Positions 13,986-36,744 of a DNA stretch of 64,000 bases are shown in pieces. Made by a program: the position numbers and the translations under genes. The notes under the pieces are model-generated. The model saw only the letters and a program-made list of their open reading frames with translations. It searched no databases and was not told the DNA's origin. This DNA comes from Blastocystis sp. Blastoise (taxonomy: Eukaryota; Protista; Bigyra: Opalinata), in contig JBBPEB010000006.1 in NCBI GenBank assembly GCA_039096225.1, positions 1,178,001 through 1,242,000 of the forward strand. Direction: 5' to 3'. Positions within the stretch are counted from its first letter, which is position 1. The number at the start of each line of letters is the position of its first letter.

Positions 13986-15676
13986 ATGTTGCATCAGTTA
14001 TTCAATAGATCGTCTCAGAATATATTAAAGAAAGTAATAGAGTTCAATTCTAGTAATTCTTTGCGTTCATTTTCAAGGTGAGTTGATTGTTTCTTTCATT
14101 TTAAGAATATTATTATTTTATAAAGATTCCATAAGATATCTAATGATGATATAAATATTTCAAATGAGGATATAAAGTATCAAGTAAAGATTTATTATTT
14201 TTTTTTATTGATATAGAGATTCAATAGATTCAAAAATGAATAATTTAAATATTAAAAAAGATATTTCTACAAAATTAGAGTCTTATAAACCAAATAAATT
14301 GAGTGTACATAATTTATAATATTTTTTTTATTCTCTATATTTTATTATTAATTTTATATAAATAAATATTTTTTATTTTTAAAGAATAAGAATGAGCGAC
14401 TTTTATCTGTAGGTATTTGTGGTGCTCCAAATGTAGGTATGTTATAATAATAAACATAATAATAATAATAATATAATAATATAAATAAATATAAAGGGAA
14501 GAGTACTTTATTGAATACGTTGATTGGTGAGAAGATATCTGCTGTTAGTCCAAAGAGGAACACAACTCGGAATAGTATTACTGGCATAAAGAATATAAAG
14601 AATACCCAATTATTGTTTTTTGATACTCCCGGATTTATTCAACGAGGGTATGAAAATTATTATTATAGTTAAGAATTCTATATATAAATAGAATGATAAT
14701 TATTATAGTTAAGAATTCTATATATAAATAGATGATAATATTTATTATAGTTAAGAATTCTATATATACATAGAATGATAATATTATTATAGTTAAGAAT
14801 TCTATATATAAATAGAATGATAATATTATTATAGTTAAGAATTCTATATATAAATAGAATAATAATAGTATTAATATATTATAATGTTATGTATATAATA
14901 GAGTGAAGAATAAAGAAGAGAAAGGTTTAATGGCTACAGCAGAATCAACATTAATTGCAATGGATGCTTGTTTAACTTTAATAGATGGTACAAGTGGTTT
15001 AACTCCAATAAGTAAAGACGTTCTTGATAAGGTAATCAATACATGTTTCGTACATAATGTGAATCTATATCTTGTTATTAATAAAATAGATGAAGTAAAT
15101 CCTAAAACAAATTTACTTGCTTTAGCTCGAGATATGGATATATATACAAATGAATGTATAAATAATTATAAGCAACATGTATATAATATATAATATAATA
15201 AAATAATAGAATATAATAAAATATAGATAGAAGAATTAAATGAGTTTCAACGTTCTTTTAATTATAAATATTTATATATGATATCAGCGAAAGAAAGAGA
15301 TGGCACAGAAGATATTGTACATCAACTCGTTGATGATGCTAGGACATCCCCGTGGTTATATGCACGAAATAGTAAGAATACAACTGGATTCCAAGGAATA
15401 TTAATGGAAATAGTACGAGAAAAAGTGTTTTTGTTATTACATAAGGAACTTCCTTATCGTATTCAAATAGTTAATGATATATATGAAGAAAAAGAAGATT
15501 CTATACATGCCAATTTCAATTTTATTATAACAAATAAACATCACAAACGGATCTTACAATCTGTATTATCAACTATATATAAGCAAGTGATGCGAGAAGT
15601 GAATATAAATACAATTAAACCTATTACTCTATCGATGAAAATCCAAGTGAATTCAAATCAATTGAATCCACTTTAA
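13986..15676 (+). CDS. ERAL1: Era/ERAL1-like GTPase (probably organelle-targeted), copy 1
   Basis: Spliced frame has [33 protein letters not shown] and EIVREKVF...ELPY (KH domain). The N-terminus resembles a mitochondrial presequence. Confidence 0.9.
14659..14860. repeat. Intronic ~40-42 bp minisatellite, 5 units (4 units in copy 2 at ~54915-55070)
   Basis: Repeats of ATTATTATAGTTAAGAATTCTATATATAAATAGAATGATA. Confidence 0.9.
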
Positions 15677-16036
15677 AGCTAGTATTACTATCCTATTTCT
15701 TTTCATTCTCATTTTAAATTGATTTTTTTTTAAATTAATAGTTTATATATATAATTTATTCATTATTATTTATTGTTTATGTTTTTTTTATATTATTTTT
15801 TAAACTTTTATTAATAAAAAAATTATGAAAGCATCTATTACATAAAATAATTCTTTAACAATCATTTTTTATAATTCTATATAAACTATTTTAAAAACAT
15901 TTTCAATTAATTAATTATTTTTCTAAATATATTGATTCTTTAAATAAAATAAAAAAAGAAAACTATAACAACACATAAAATATTTGATTACTATAAACCT
16001 TTATTTATTAAATAAAATATAAAGAATTAAAAAAAA

Positions 16037-19000
16037 TTATTGAATCATAGGTTTGGTCATACTACTTGGATTACTATTCTTTCTTATATGTTTATTCTTT
16101 ATATACTTTTTAGCAATTAAAAAAGAGAATAAAGTTGAAAGAATAATAACAGCAAATATGATAAGTATGACAGAGATTGTAGAGGGTTCACTTAGAGGAA
16201 TAGAAATAAGAGTTAATGTAGTATTTATAGATCCTTTCATATTATCACAAATGATTATATATTCTTGTTTGTCAAATAGAGGTATAGAGTTTCCTTCGAA
16301 GGATGCGTCATTGATATTAAAAGACACATGTTCTGGAAGTATGGAGGGAATTGTATGACAAGTATAATTAGCAGCACGAATAAGTGGTTTTATTGAGAAA
16401 TTATTATTAACATATATAGGATATTCTTTTGAAGAATATTGAATAGATTGAGGAGGAAGAAGAGAACAATGATTTATTTCTTGTATATATTCATGATTTT
16501 TACATAAACTTTGAATATGGCCAGTATAATAAGAATCACAAGATTTATAGGAATATTCATTATCTATACCACCAGAATAACCATGGTTTTCTGGACAATC
16601 TAATTGGATTTTATTCATAAAGAAATGTATTTCACTAAGTTGGAAACTTTTTTCATCAGTTGAAGATCCATATAGACATTCAAGTGTACTTTCATTTGGT
16701 AAAGGATTTCCATTACATTCAAGTGAAATATATCGAATATAAGTATAGGAATGAATATTTACAAATTTATAATTTTTAGTTTGTGTAAATTCAGTAAATG
16801 TTTCATTATAGACTATATGTAATGTAGTATATTCAATATTATTATTACTTCCTTCAATTTTCCATGAAGTAGGATGACGTTTATTACAAGTAGAACCAGT
16901 AGTAATAGAATAACCATTAAATAATTCTTTACTATGTGGATAATAAAATGTAATTGTAGTATTTTCACAGGAAGGACCAGTACTATAAACAGTATTCTTA
17001 TTATTATCCATAATTTGAATAAGTTTTTCTTGTTTTTCTTCAACTTTATTTTCATTAGTAATTAATACATTAGGAAGAGTTGTAGAATAAGGGCCAATAT
17101 AAGAAATAGTCGATTCAAAAGGAAGACTATTATTATTAATTGTTTTTGTATATTCAGGAATATCATAATAATAAACAGCTATAGCTAATGTATTTATACC
17201 TTCTTTAAAAATAGAATTTGATAATAAATAAGTTTCTATATAACGATATATAGTCTCATTTGTATATAAAGAAGAAAAAGAAGTAAACGATTGATGAGGA
17301 TATTTAGTATGATATTTAAAAGAATCAGAAGATTTTGATGAATAATGATGATACATAGATTTTATTCTTGAATTCTCGTGATTATTTTCTTCAAAGGGAG
17401 GAGGAGGAGGAGGAGATCTATGGAAGAATGATCGTCGAGAAGGACGAGGAGAAGATGAGAAAAGAGATGAATCATTATGGTTTTCTTCAAATAAATGATT
17501 ATGTCTCATATGATGATGATGATGATGATGTCTATTAAATAAATTATATTCTTGATTATAGTCTGTAGAATTTTCATTTAAAAGATGATGATAATCACGG
17601 GAATGTTTCATAAAGAAAGGAGATGAATTTGAAAGTACAGAAGGATGAGGATAATTATATTTAAATAATTCTATTCCATTTATAAATACCGCAAATCCTC
17701 CTATTGTTTCTATAGAGACTTGTAAACCAATAAATTGTTTCTGTTTAGAGATACTAAATAAATTACGATAATAAGCATAATGATAAGTAGGAATAGGTAA
17801 TTGTTCGGTAGTTGAATCAGACCAATTAATTGGCTTATAATCGATATCTTTCCAATGAAAAGAAAGTTGTCTAGATGTATATTTATAGGTCCATGAAGTT
17901 AATAGAGGAGTATTAATATAACCAATAGTAAAATAAAATTGATCTTTTTCAAATAATTTCTTTAAATATGTTTTAAAAATAAGTTCATTCTTTTCATTAT
18001 ACATAGCAGCATATCCATCATTTTCCCAACCATATTTATTTGTATCTATCATAGTTAATATATAAGTATTAATAGGTAAACAATAAGTATATATATTATT
18101 CATTTTAGGACGCATATAACGTTGATAATCAATACGTTGGCCATCAATAGTATCAATAGTAAATTGTTGACTATACGATCGTTCACCTCCAACCATATTG
18201 AAATATACATAGTTATTTGGATAGGTACATCGTTGAATTCCTATTTCATATTCTATAGATTGTTCTTCTTTATTAATACCTAAAGTAGTAATAGTATATT
18301 TAGAGAGAGGTAAAGTAGTATTAAGAGTACCTCGTATATTACCGCTGGAAGTATCAAAAGTAAGAGAATCAGGAAGAGGAGGAGATATAGTCATATGTGT
18401 ATAATATTTACTATTCTTAGTAACTTTAGGGAAAGAAACATTTACATATCCTATAAGAGGATTAGGAGAAAGAGAAAAAGAAGGAACCGTAAGATCTCTT
18501 AGATTTTCATTTAACATTAAAAATTCACTAGCAGCAAAACGATAATAACCTACAAACGGATTAGCCATTCGTGTGATATTCCATAAATAATAACGATAAG
18601 GAGATTTATTATTCGGAATATAAAAACAAAGAGTTTCTTCTCGTTCATCAAATAGTACACCTTCTTGTGTATCTAAAAGAATATAATTTTCTTTATCTTG
18701 AGAAGCATAAAATTCCCATGAATATGGATCATAATAAAGATTACTACCACTACTAATACAATATTTATTAATATATTCTACTCTATATTCATTAAAAGAG
18801 AAAAGAACACTAGTATAATTCATGACTGGAGGATCAGCAAACCAATAATCTTTAGTAAATAAATCAATTAAATAACCAGTATTTGTACCATGTTGATTGT
18901 CTTCTACACTCATTCCAAATAACCGTGAATTTTCAGCAGAATTTTGAAGTAAAAGGACATGACTATTAAAGAATATTTGAGGAATTTGAATCTGTTTACT

Positions 19001-22000
19001 ATTTACTAATCCTATAGCTATAAGATTTCTACCTATATTAAGAAGACTAATAGGTCCAGAAATAGTAATCCATTGAGGTTGTTTCTTTGTTTCTAAAGGA
19101 ATAGTAGTATTTGTAATATAAGGATCATTTATATTATATCGATAATATTCAATATCATTTATATATACTATAAATCCACTTAAATATTTAATACGAAGTT
19201 CAAAACCGTTATAACCTTTACTTTTATTTACTTGAATAACATTTCTATATAATTGAATAGTATTCGTAGAAGCAGGTAAAGAAGTATAATTTAATGTAGA
19301 CCAGTTGATTGGATTATAAGATCGTTTAAACCAATTAGAAGCATCAATTCCTTGTTGATATAACCAAGTGGGTGAATTAGGCTCAATAGTCATTTTTGTA
19401 TTAATAGTATACTCTTCATAAGATCCTTTTCTTAATATCATTCGAGTAAAAGGATTATAACTAAAATCTTCTTTCATATTAATCACTAATGCACCTCCTA
19501 TATTCCAACCATTACCTTCAGAATCATATAATTTAAAATGAAGAATTCCCGTGGGAATACAGGCTTCATATGTATTTGAAGGAGAAGTATTATCATAAGA
19601 ATATATTAAATGATTTGTTTCATTATATATTTTAAATGTTTCTTTATTACTACGATGACCTCCATTCTTTATTATTTGAATAGGAATATTATTAGGGAAA
19701 AAACAACCTATATAATATATTTATTATAATATATTATTATTTATTATTTATATTTATAAAAAAAATTATTATGTATTAGAAATAGATTATATAGTGATAT
19801 ATAGAAATATATTAATGATGATATATTAATAATAATGATATAATAATAATGATATATTAATAATATAAAAAACATAATATAAATATAATATAAAATATAC
19901 CTTCTACATTAATTTGAAGAGTAAAAGAAGATTCAACATTTGTATATATATGTTTTGCGGAAATAACAAATTTTTCATCAAAAACTGAAAGTGGAAATCC
20001 ACTAATATGTCCATTATTTGAATCTATAGTAATTCCCGCGGGGAATGATGGAGAAACAGTATACTGATTATGAAATCCTGTGATTGGCCATAATTCCGCA
20101 GAATCAACGGATAATGTTAAATTAATGATATTTACTGGGTATTGAATAGTATCTTCTACAGATGGAGAAGAAGTAATAACAAATTGCAAACCACCTAAAC
20201 CTATATTATCTCTTGTAGATTCCGCTATATATATATATATGTATATTGTACTTTAGCAATGAAAATATACTTAATAATATATGTAATAAAGAATAAGAAA
20301 AATATAGTATATTAGAAATATGTTATAATAACAATAATATATATACTAGCATTAAGAAGAATTTGATTATAATGTTTTTTAAGACCTCCAAGAGATATTA
20401 AATAACTATTTTTATTAAAAATAAAGTGTTCTTGATGATCTAAAAGTGTCCAAGGAATTTCTTCTCCTTCTCCTTCTTCTTCTTCTTCTTCTTCTCCTTC
20501 TCCTTCTCCTTCTATAAATCGACCATATAGTGACCATTTCTGAGGGTCACCATAACCACCAGAATTCTTCTTTATTATATAAGCATCTCCCCATATATAT
20601 CTATATATATGTTATAATTGAATTAATATATATATATATATAGAATATAATAAATATAATAAATATAATAAATATAATAAAATTAAAGTAATTAATATAT
20701 ATATGTACTGTCCTTTAGGAAGTGTAGCGTTAAATAATAAGCTAGTTGCTACCATTTGATACCAATAGGAGTTACTATATTCATTAACAATATTTTCACA
20801 CTTTTCGAACACTCCTTGACCGTACGGATCACAAGTAACGCTACTGTCTTTTAATAAACCGTGACTATTCTCTATAATGAATATTCATATATATATTATA
20901 TATTGAATAACTGAAATAAATAATAAATACGTATTAAACAATAAATATATATATTTTATATAAAAAAAAATATAAAATGATTAAAATAAATAATAAATAT
21001 AAATAATATAAATATATATACGTTTATCTTTATATCTAATAGTCAAAGCCATATCAAATAAAACATCATTTTGTATATCTTCAATAGAATACTGATGAAC
21101 CTCAATTCCCATAATTATTGACGTATCTTTAAGGGTATATGCATATTTAGGAATAGGAATACTATATATAAATAATATAAATAATATGAATATATAACTA
21201 ATAATAGTATTAACATAAATGTAATATATATATATACATTTGTGTATAATTATTAATTCCATTTGGTTTTGTTGCAGGAATGGTGCCATTTAGATTACCT
21301 CTATAATAATAATAATAATATACATAATAATAATAATACACATAATAATAAAAATATACATAATAATAAAAATAATAATAATAATATACATAATAATATA
21401 CATAATAATAATAATATAACATGATAATAATAATATAACATGATAATAATAATATACATAATAATAATAATAATAATAATAAACATAATAATATACATAA
21501 TAATAATATAACATGATATAAATACTCGTTCATTTTATATCTGAATATTTCGTGTCCATTAATATATAGAACATAACCAGCTTTAGTATATAAGCTAACC
21601 ATAAAACTAAGTAATTCTTCAAAAGAATAAGAAATATCAATTTTCTGTATATAGTAGCGAGTAATAGTTTTTTGTTCAGTTGTTGTTTCTCTAGTAGCAA
21701 GCGTCCAATCAGATGGAATAGATTCACTCCATTTCGTATCTATTTGAGGGATATCACTATAATACCATTCACTACCAAAGTCTTTACCTTTTACAACTAT
21801 AAGAATCATATTGAAGGTAATTTATATATAATAATATATATAATATATAATATATAATAATATTTAATAATATATAATAATATATAATAATATATATAAT
21901 ATATAATAATATATAATATATTTAATAAAAAAAATAAATATAAATAAAAAAAATACAAGTAATAAAATCAGAATCTTCATAATAACTGCCACCATCAACA

Positions 22001-22479
22001 TAATTCATGCTATAACGATCTAAAAAAACATCATTAGCATATAAATCGAACCAACTAGGATAATCAAGTTCTCCCCATCCAGTTCCAGTACTATAAATAA
22101 ATATTATTATATCATTTTTATATTTAATCACAAAATATATATTCAGATAAATAAATAAGAAAAAATATATTTATATACTAGTCTTTCATGATAATTGTAT
22201 GAAGAACTGGTTTAGCACAGAATTGAAATACATAGTCTTTGTAAATATCTTCTGATTTACCTTGAAGTGAAAACACAATAGGTGAATCAGGTTGATTTCC
22301 TTCACGAATTTCTAAATATTCATCTTTTGAAAAATATGTATAATGTCTTTTCAATGTAATCTCTTGTTCATCTAACTGACAATGAGAAGCATAACCTATG
22401 ATATGAATTCTTATTTAAAAAGTAAATATCTAATACCTATCCCAAGAAAGATGAAACACAGAGCAATAAATCTTTTCAT
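16037..22479 (-). CDS. Large type I membrane surface protein (signal peptide, galactose-binding/discoidin-like and putative-Ig modules, C-terminal TM); about 8 exons
   Basis: MKRFIALCFIFLGI signal; repeated G(F/Y)xxYING, PxSWxxxGS, PxLPxGxxxDxxxGxIxG motifs; TM ISVILIIFAVIILSTLFSFLIA followed by a basic tail. Confidence 0.75.
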
Positions 22480-23059
22480 ATTTATCATTAGTATATAATG
22501 AATATTAATAAAAAAGTAAATGTGTTTAGAGAGAAAAATGGGGAATGTGCTTAGCCTAAATATTCGTTGCGAAAAAGAAACTTTGTTTTAGTGTCTTTTC
22601 TCTTTTCCATGTTAGGATGTTTCTTTTTTTCATATATATATATAGAAGTCAACCCTATTAAAAAAAATATTCATAGGGATTTATATCAAAATAGTGAATT
22701 GAGAACAAATAATCGTGATTTTACTATACTTTCGAGTTGAATTGAAAGACAAAACGACTATTATTCTACAGAAATCGAAGAGAACAAATGAAGAAGAGCT
22801 TTCTTTTCTGAATGACTATATTCATAAATATAATAGAAAAATGTCACATTCTTTGATTATTTTTACGGGAATATAAATTAAGCCAAGAATTAGGCGGGTT
22901 GAACTCTATGGTATTTTTTACAAATTTTTTCGTAGCCTTTTTTTTTTCTTATTATTTCATAATATGAATAATAATATGAATAATAATGTAAACAACGTGG
23001 TTGGCAATTTAAATAATATGAATATGAATCTAGGGAATAGAGTGGATGATCTGTCAGCA

Positions 23060-30222
<7,163 letters not shown>

Positions 30223-31173
30223 TATATATATATATATTATTTCATTAAAAAAATTATTTTTTGTTTTCAATTTTGTTATATTTTATTTTTCAATTTTTTT
30301 ATGTATATATAAATATTATTATTTATTTGTGTTGTTCTTGATATTTGTTTCTTTTTTGGTATATATATATAAATATATATTATATATATAATTTTAATTT
30401 TAGAAATAGTTACTTTATAACTTTTATTGGTGAGTTATAAATTTATATAGTTCTTTCTTGTTCTATTTGTATGTGTTCAAATATATATTTTTTCTTCTTT
30501 TTTCATTCTTGATAGTTTTATTTAATAATTATATATATATGCATTGTACTATTGTTTTGTCCATATATTTTATATTTAAAAAAAAATTATTTTTTTAAAC
30601 AAAATTTTTTTATGAAAAAAATCTTTAAAAAATCAAATATTATTCTAATTTTTTTATAATTATTTATTAAAAAAATATTTTTATATTCAATATAATATTT
30701 AGAACACTTCTCTAATGATTCTATCTTCCCTTTTAAAGAGTTAGTGAATAATTGATCACTGATCACTTGAATATATTACATGATTTCATCTTCATTATTG
30801 CTATCTAAGTCTGTGAGAATAAGACAGTATATTTTTATTCCATTGTATTCAATTATGTACTCATAATTGTATACCAAACTCAAAAAATAACAATTAATTT
30901 AAAACCGAATCACTAACACATTGAACACCTGAATATTCTTAATTCTCCAAACATAGAATACTTTAGATAGAAATAATAACAAAAAAATATAATTATAACA
31001 ATTTCCAGTGCTATTCAGTAAGTGCTGAAATAATCTAAAAAAACAACATGTCGGTTTTTGCAGGCAATTGCCCTCAAAAACACAATTAATCATAAATGAC
31101 TGGTTATCAAGGGGTTAATGATTATGATTTTTTTAAACATTTTGTAATTTAAATTTTATTCCTTTTTATCGAC

Positions 31174-33184
31174 ATGAAGTGTTCTTTTTTAATCTTCATT
31201 AGCTTGATAACTGCGGGTATTTTGCTTAAGAATAATAATCTATATATTGCATAGTAATTTCTCAGACAATAGCCTGTGATTCTAGCAGTGCTTTATTACA
31301 ACTCAATGAACCTATGAATCCTATTTCATGTACTGTGACTACGGGATTGACTGTTACAATGTATCCTGAATTACCATCGGGTCTTTATTTTGAAAATAAT
31401 AAGATTCAAGGAACTCCTCTTGAACCTTATCCTCGAACAATACATTATGTCACTTCTAGAATCACTAGTACAGCCATTGAAATTGGTGTATATGGAAAAC
31501 CTACTACAATCACATATGGTTTTGAACAAGTTCGTCTTATGAAAGGTCTAACTTTTGAACCTCTTATTCCTGTATCCAATACGATTCTTACTGAGTATGT
31601 TTTTGTAGTCTATTTTATTCAAAATTCATAAACAATGTCAATTTTCATCATATAAATAATATTTGTTTTGAATTTGTATAGATATGTAATTGATCCAGTT
31701 CTTCCATCTGGTATGCTATTCAATAGTACTACAGGCATTATTTCTGGTGTTGTTCCTTTAAATAAAAGTGGATCAACAACCTATATAATTAGAGGTACAA
31801 ATCAATTAGGAACAGTTGAAACTTCTATTAAGATCTTCTATATTAGTATGTTCTATAAATTCAATATTTATGCTGTTTTTTGTAATAAATATTTTATTAT
31901 ATTATATAATTTTATTTAAAAAATAATTTATTTAATTCTATATATATAAATAGGTCAAACAAAAGTATATTCAGGTATAACAGGCTGTTATTTAGCTTAT
32001 AATACAGATTGTTTTAATGAAGAAATTCCTTTCTATGCTACTCAATCTTATGATATATGTCGAACTGAATTATCGCTGAATTTTACTGATAATTATGTAG
32101 CCGGTTCAGGAGGTCATTCGTGGAATGGACTCAATGATAAGTATTATATATATATATATTATTATGATTGTATAAAATAGATAAATATTTTTTATTTTTT
32201 TATTTATTATGATTATATATAGTAGATAATATTTATTATTTTTTTTTAAATTTATATTTTATTTGTTATGATTATATATAGTAGATAAATCTATAAATAT
32301 ATAAATATATATATAGATTTAATGATTATTTTACAGCTACATTTAATGGATATTTGGATATTCCTTCTTCTTCTGTTTATACTTTCTATTTAAGTAATGA
32401 TGCAGGTGCACAAGTATATATAGATAATGAGATTGTTATTGATCATGATGGATGCACTAATAAGAATGATATTATTACCAAAGATATTAACTTAAATCAA
32501 GGTATGTATTTATTATTTATTATTATATATTGTTATAGTTATTATTATAGTGATTATTAACTATTTTTTCTGTTGTTATAGTTATTATTAACTATTTATC
32601 TGTTGTTATAGTTATTATTAACTATTTTATCTATTGCTATAATAATTATTTTTAACTATTTTATCTATTCTTCTTCTTCTTATTATTATTATTATTATAC
32701 TTATATATAGGTCTTCATTATCTTCGTATATTATATTCTGAAAAAGATACTTTAGCTGCTCTTTCTCTCTCTATTTCTTCTTCTTCTCTTCCTCAACAAA
32801 TAGTATCTTCATCTCTCTTATATCAAGGTATATTAAGAAAAAATCAATATAAATAACTTTTATATATGATTATTATCTATTAATATTAATTCTTATATTA
32901 TTCTACTATTAAATATATTTTTTTATTATTCTTAATATTCATATAACTATAACTATAACTATAACTATATATATATATAGGTTCTTATCCCCCTTCTTTC
33001 CTTGTTTATCCCTCTATTTCTGGTCTTATTCATTCTCCTATTGTTAAAGCTACACCTACTTCCAGGGGAATTATCACTAGTTACTCTGTCTATCCCAATC
33101 TCCCCGCGGGAATCACTATTGATGAAACAACAGGTGAAATCTATGGTACACCTTCTGTATGTTATATATATATATAACTATATA

Positions 33185-33219
<35 letters not shown>

Positions 33220-33379
33220 AGTTATTAATGGTATTTATACGATTACTGCCGTTGGACCTTTTGGCACGTGCAAAGCATCTGTTTCCATTCTTATTGGTAA
33301 TACTCCTGAACCTGGCTTAAAAGCTGAATATAATCAAATAATCACTACTATGTATGCGTGCTATCTTACTTCATTTAAT

Positions 33380-33421
<42 letters not shown>

Positions 33422-33885
33422 GCTTATTATTAATATATATATATTATAATTTATTGTTTATTATATATGTATATATATAGGAATGTTACAACAAGATATA
33501 ATTCGAATTGATCAAAATCTGAATCATGAACCAGAAAATAGGTATATATATATATATATATATGTATTATTATTATTCTTATTATTATTATATATATATA
33601 TTAGTTTAACTGTATGGGAAGGATTACCTCCAAGTTATTATCAATATTTCTACTCTATATATACTGGTTATATATACCTTAATATACCTGGTGCTTGGAA
33701 GATTAAAGCTAAAGTATATATATATATATATAATAATAAACATATTTAATATTAATAATAATATATATAAATATATATATAGTCTTCTGATGGTTCTAGA
33801 ATCTATATAGAGAATCGAATGGTATATAATAATTGGCGATGTGGTCAATTTGATGAGAGTACACCCGGTACTATATATATTGCTG

Positions 33886-33963
<78 letters not shown>

Positions 33964-35045
33964 TTTATTTATTTTATTTATTTTATTTATATTATTTATT
34001 TTATTTTTATTAACCATATATATATAGATTACTTACCGATTCGAATAGAGTATTTTGCTATATTAGGGACACATGGTTTATCTTTATATATATCCTCTCC
34101 TTCTGATTCTACATATAATTTATTAACTGAAGTTAATTTATTCCATGCTCCTACAGAAACATTTACATATATATATACTAAGGCATTATATTATAAAGAT
34201 ACTACAATTACCGCGAATACACCCATCTTCTTTGTCCAAAAACCTCAAAATAATCATGATTATATCTATTCTATTACTCCTACTCTTCCTGATGGCTTAG
34301 ATATAGATGTAAATACAGGTAAAATATCTGGTACTCCTTCGGTATTATCTGGATTATTAAAATATACGGTTATTTGCAAAGATCTTACGGATAATTCAAT
34401 TATTTCCACGGTTATCTCTATTCGAATCATATGTATTTTTATCTATTAAGCTATTTATAATATTAATTATTATATATATATATTTGATTTCATTATTTAT
34501 TATTATTATTGTTATTATTATTATATTGTTATATTTATAGCTGTTATTCCTCCTTCTAATCTTGTATATAAACAAGGAACAGTTATAGCTACTGATATTA
34601 TTTATTCTTATTATGTTACTATATCTACAAGTTTAAGATTGAAACCTACTCTCACGGGAACTGCTAGTTATTACACTATATCTCCTGATCTCCCCACGGG
34701 AATCACGATAAGTGAAACAAGTGGCCAAATCTTAGGTAAACCAACCAAAAGCATTGAACGTACTCAGTATGTAGAGATATTATTATTATACTTATAATAA
34801 TAATAATAATAATAATAATTATTATTATACTTATTATGTTTTATTATTATTACTAATATACAATCACATATATATATTCTACTATATCTAATTCCCGTGA
34901 TTATTTCTAGATATACAGTAACAGTTCATAATGCAGGAGGTATAGCTACTTATTCTTTCTATTTAACTGTTCCCTCCTGTATATATAATTCATATATAAA
35001 TCTTCAATTAACTAAAGGAACCATGTTCTATGAATTATATGATCA

Positions 35046-35095
<50 letters not shown>

Positions 35096-36702
35096 ATTAT
35101 TATTATATTTATAAGTAATAACATTTTTCTTATATAACTTGAATATATTTCTTAAATTATTATAAATATATATAAAAATATTAAATATATATATAGACAA
35201 GATAATTTACTTATATATCAAAATACAACAGCTGTTTCAACATTAGGTGTCGGAGTGTGCGTCAATTTAACGGATATTAACGCACTTAATATCAAAATTG
35301 GATGTCGTTCTACGTATATATATATATATATATATAATTATATAATTATATATATATAATTATATAGAACAGGTTGTGCTATAACAATTGGTAGAGAAGA
35401 TGGATATATATATACAACAATACCCTCAATTCCCGCGGGATCAACGTCTGTTCCTTCATGGAATACTTATCCTATATCTCTTCAATTATTACCACCTACT
35501 GCTATAACTTTATCACGTGATTCTATTGTGGCATTTATTAAAACCCCTCTTCCTGCCGTTACAATTGCCGTTACAGGTCAGTACAACTCCATTATAATTA
35601 CTCCTTCTCTTCCTGCAACTATGGCTTATAACCACGAAGATCACACTATTTCTGGAGAATTCTGGGTTGCAGATGTATATGAATATACAATTACCGCCAA
35701 AAATGACGCGGGAGAAACTTCAACTACTTTAACATTTACAATTCAAGATTGTGCATCTCCAAAGCAATTATTTATATTAACGAAAAAGACATTAGCCAGT
35801 GGAAATGAAGAGAGTTTCTCTATTTATAGCACACCAGCCAATCAAATGCTTTATACAAGTCCCTCGTACGGAGACGATTCTATTTATAGTGACAGCATAT
35901 GCGTCATTCCTACAGATATGATTGTGAAAATGAAAGATGTGTATATATATATATTTTTAAATTTTCTTAATACTTTACTATTTCTGAAATAATCTGAATA
36001 TTTTTTCAGTCAAGGGAATGGTTGGGCTGATGGCGCTTATTTAACGGTTAAAGATAGCGGTGGTATTCTTTATTATTGTATATATATATATATATATAGA
36101 TATATATATATATATATTTTTTTTTCTTTTTTAAATATATATAATGTATATATATAAAGATGGTCAAATGCCGACGATGTCTGCGTCATCGACGAGTGTT
36201 TCGTCATTCGACGTGTTTATTGACGTCGTTTATGATATCGATGATAGTAATACTTGGAATATATGGAATTCTAAAGAAGATCCTGTAGCTAATTGGAATA
36301 TTATGAATTTAGACACAAATAATGATTGGGAACACAAAAACACAAATTGGGGAATATTTGCATCAACTACTATTTATTTACAAATGAAATTTGATGTATA
36401 TATATATATAGGATAATTTTACTTTTTTGTGAATTTAAATATATTTCTTAAAAGAATTTAATAGTTTATATAATAATAAATTAAATATAATAATAATAAT
36501 AATAAACATAATAATATATATATATAGTTATCTAATATAAATCGTTATCCTCTCTTTGAAATGAATTTCTTAATAAAAGAAGGTGTTATTATATATATGA
36601 ATGGAGAGAGAGTATATACAGAAAATATGCCTGCTACTACTACTATTACTTCTTCTACTCTTGCTACTAATACTTATCAAAACTATATTGAACGAAAGTA
36701 TA

Positions 36703-36744
<42 letters not shown>

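Larger units (their letters stand above)
13611..15949 (+). repeat. Segmental duplication copy 1 (inverted partner 53752-56111), covering the whole Era gene plus flanks
   Basis: Near-identical reverse-complement match including upstream DNA, shared introns and 3' flank. Confidence 0.95.

Noticed and set aside
14659-14860. Regular ~41-bp repeats resembling a CRISPR array
   Set aside because: No unique spacers; this is an intronic minisatellite in a eukaryotic gene.
13611-15949. Era duplicates as transposon TIRs or a simple retrocopy
   Set aside because: No transposase or TSD is seen. Both copies retain the promoter region and 5' introns, and each has private introns.
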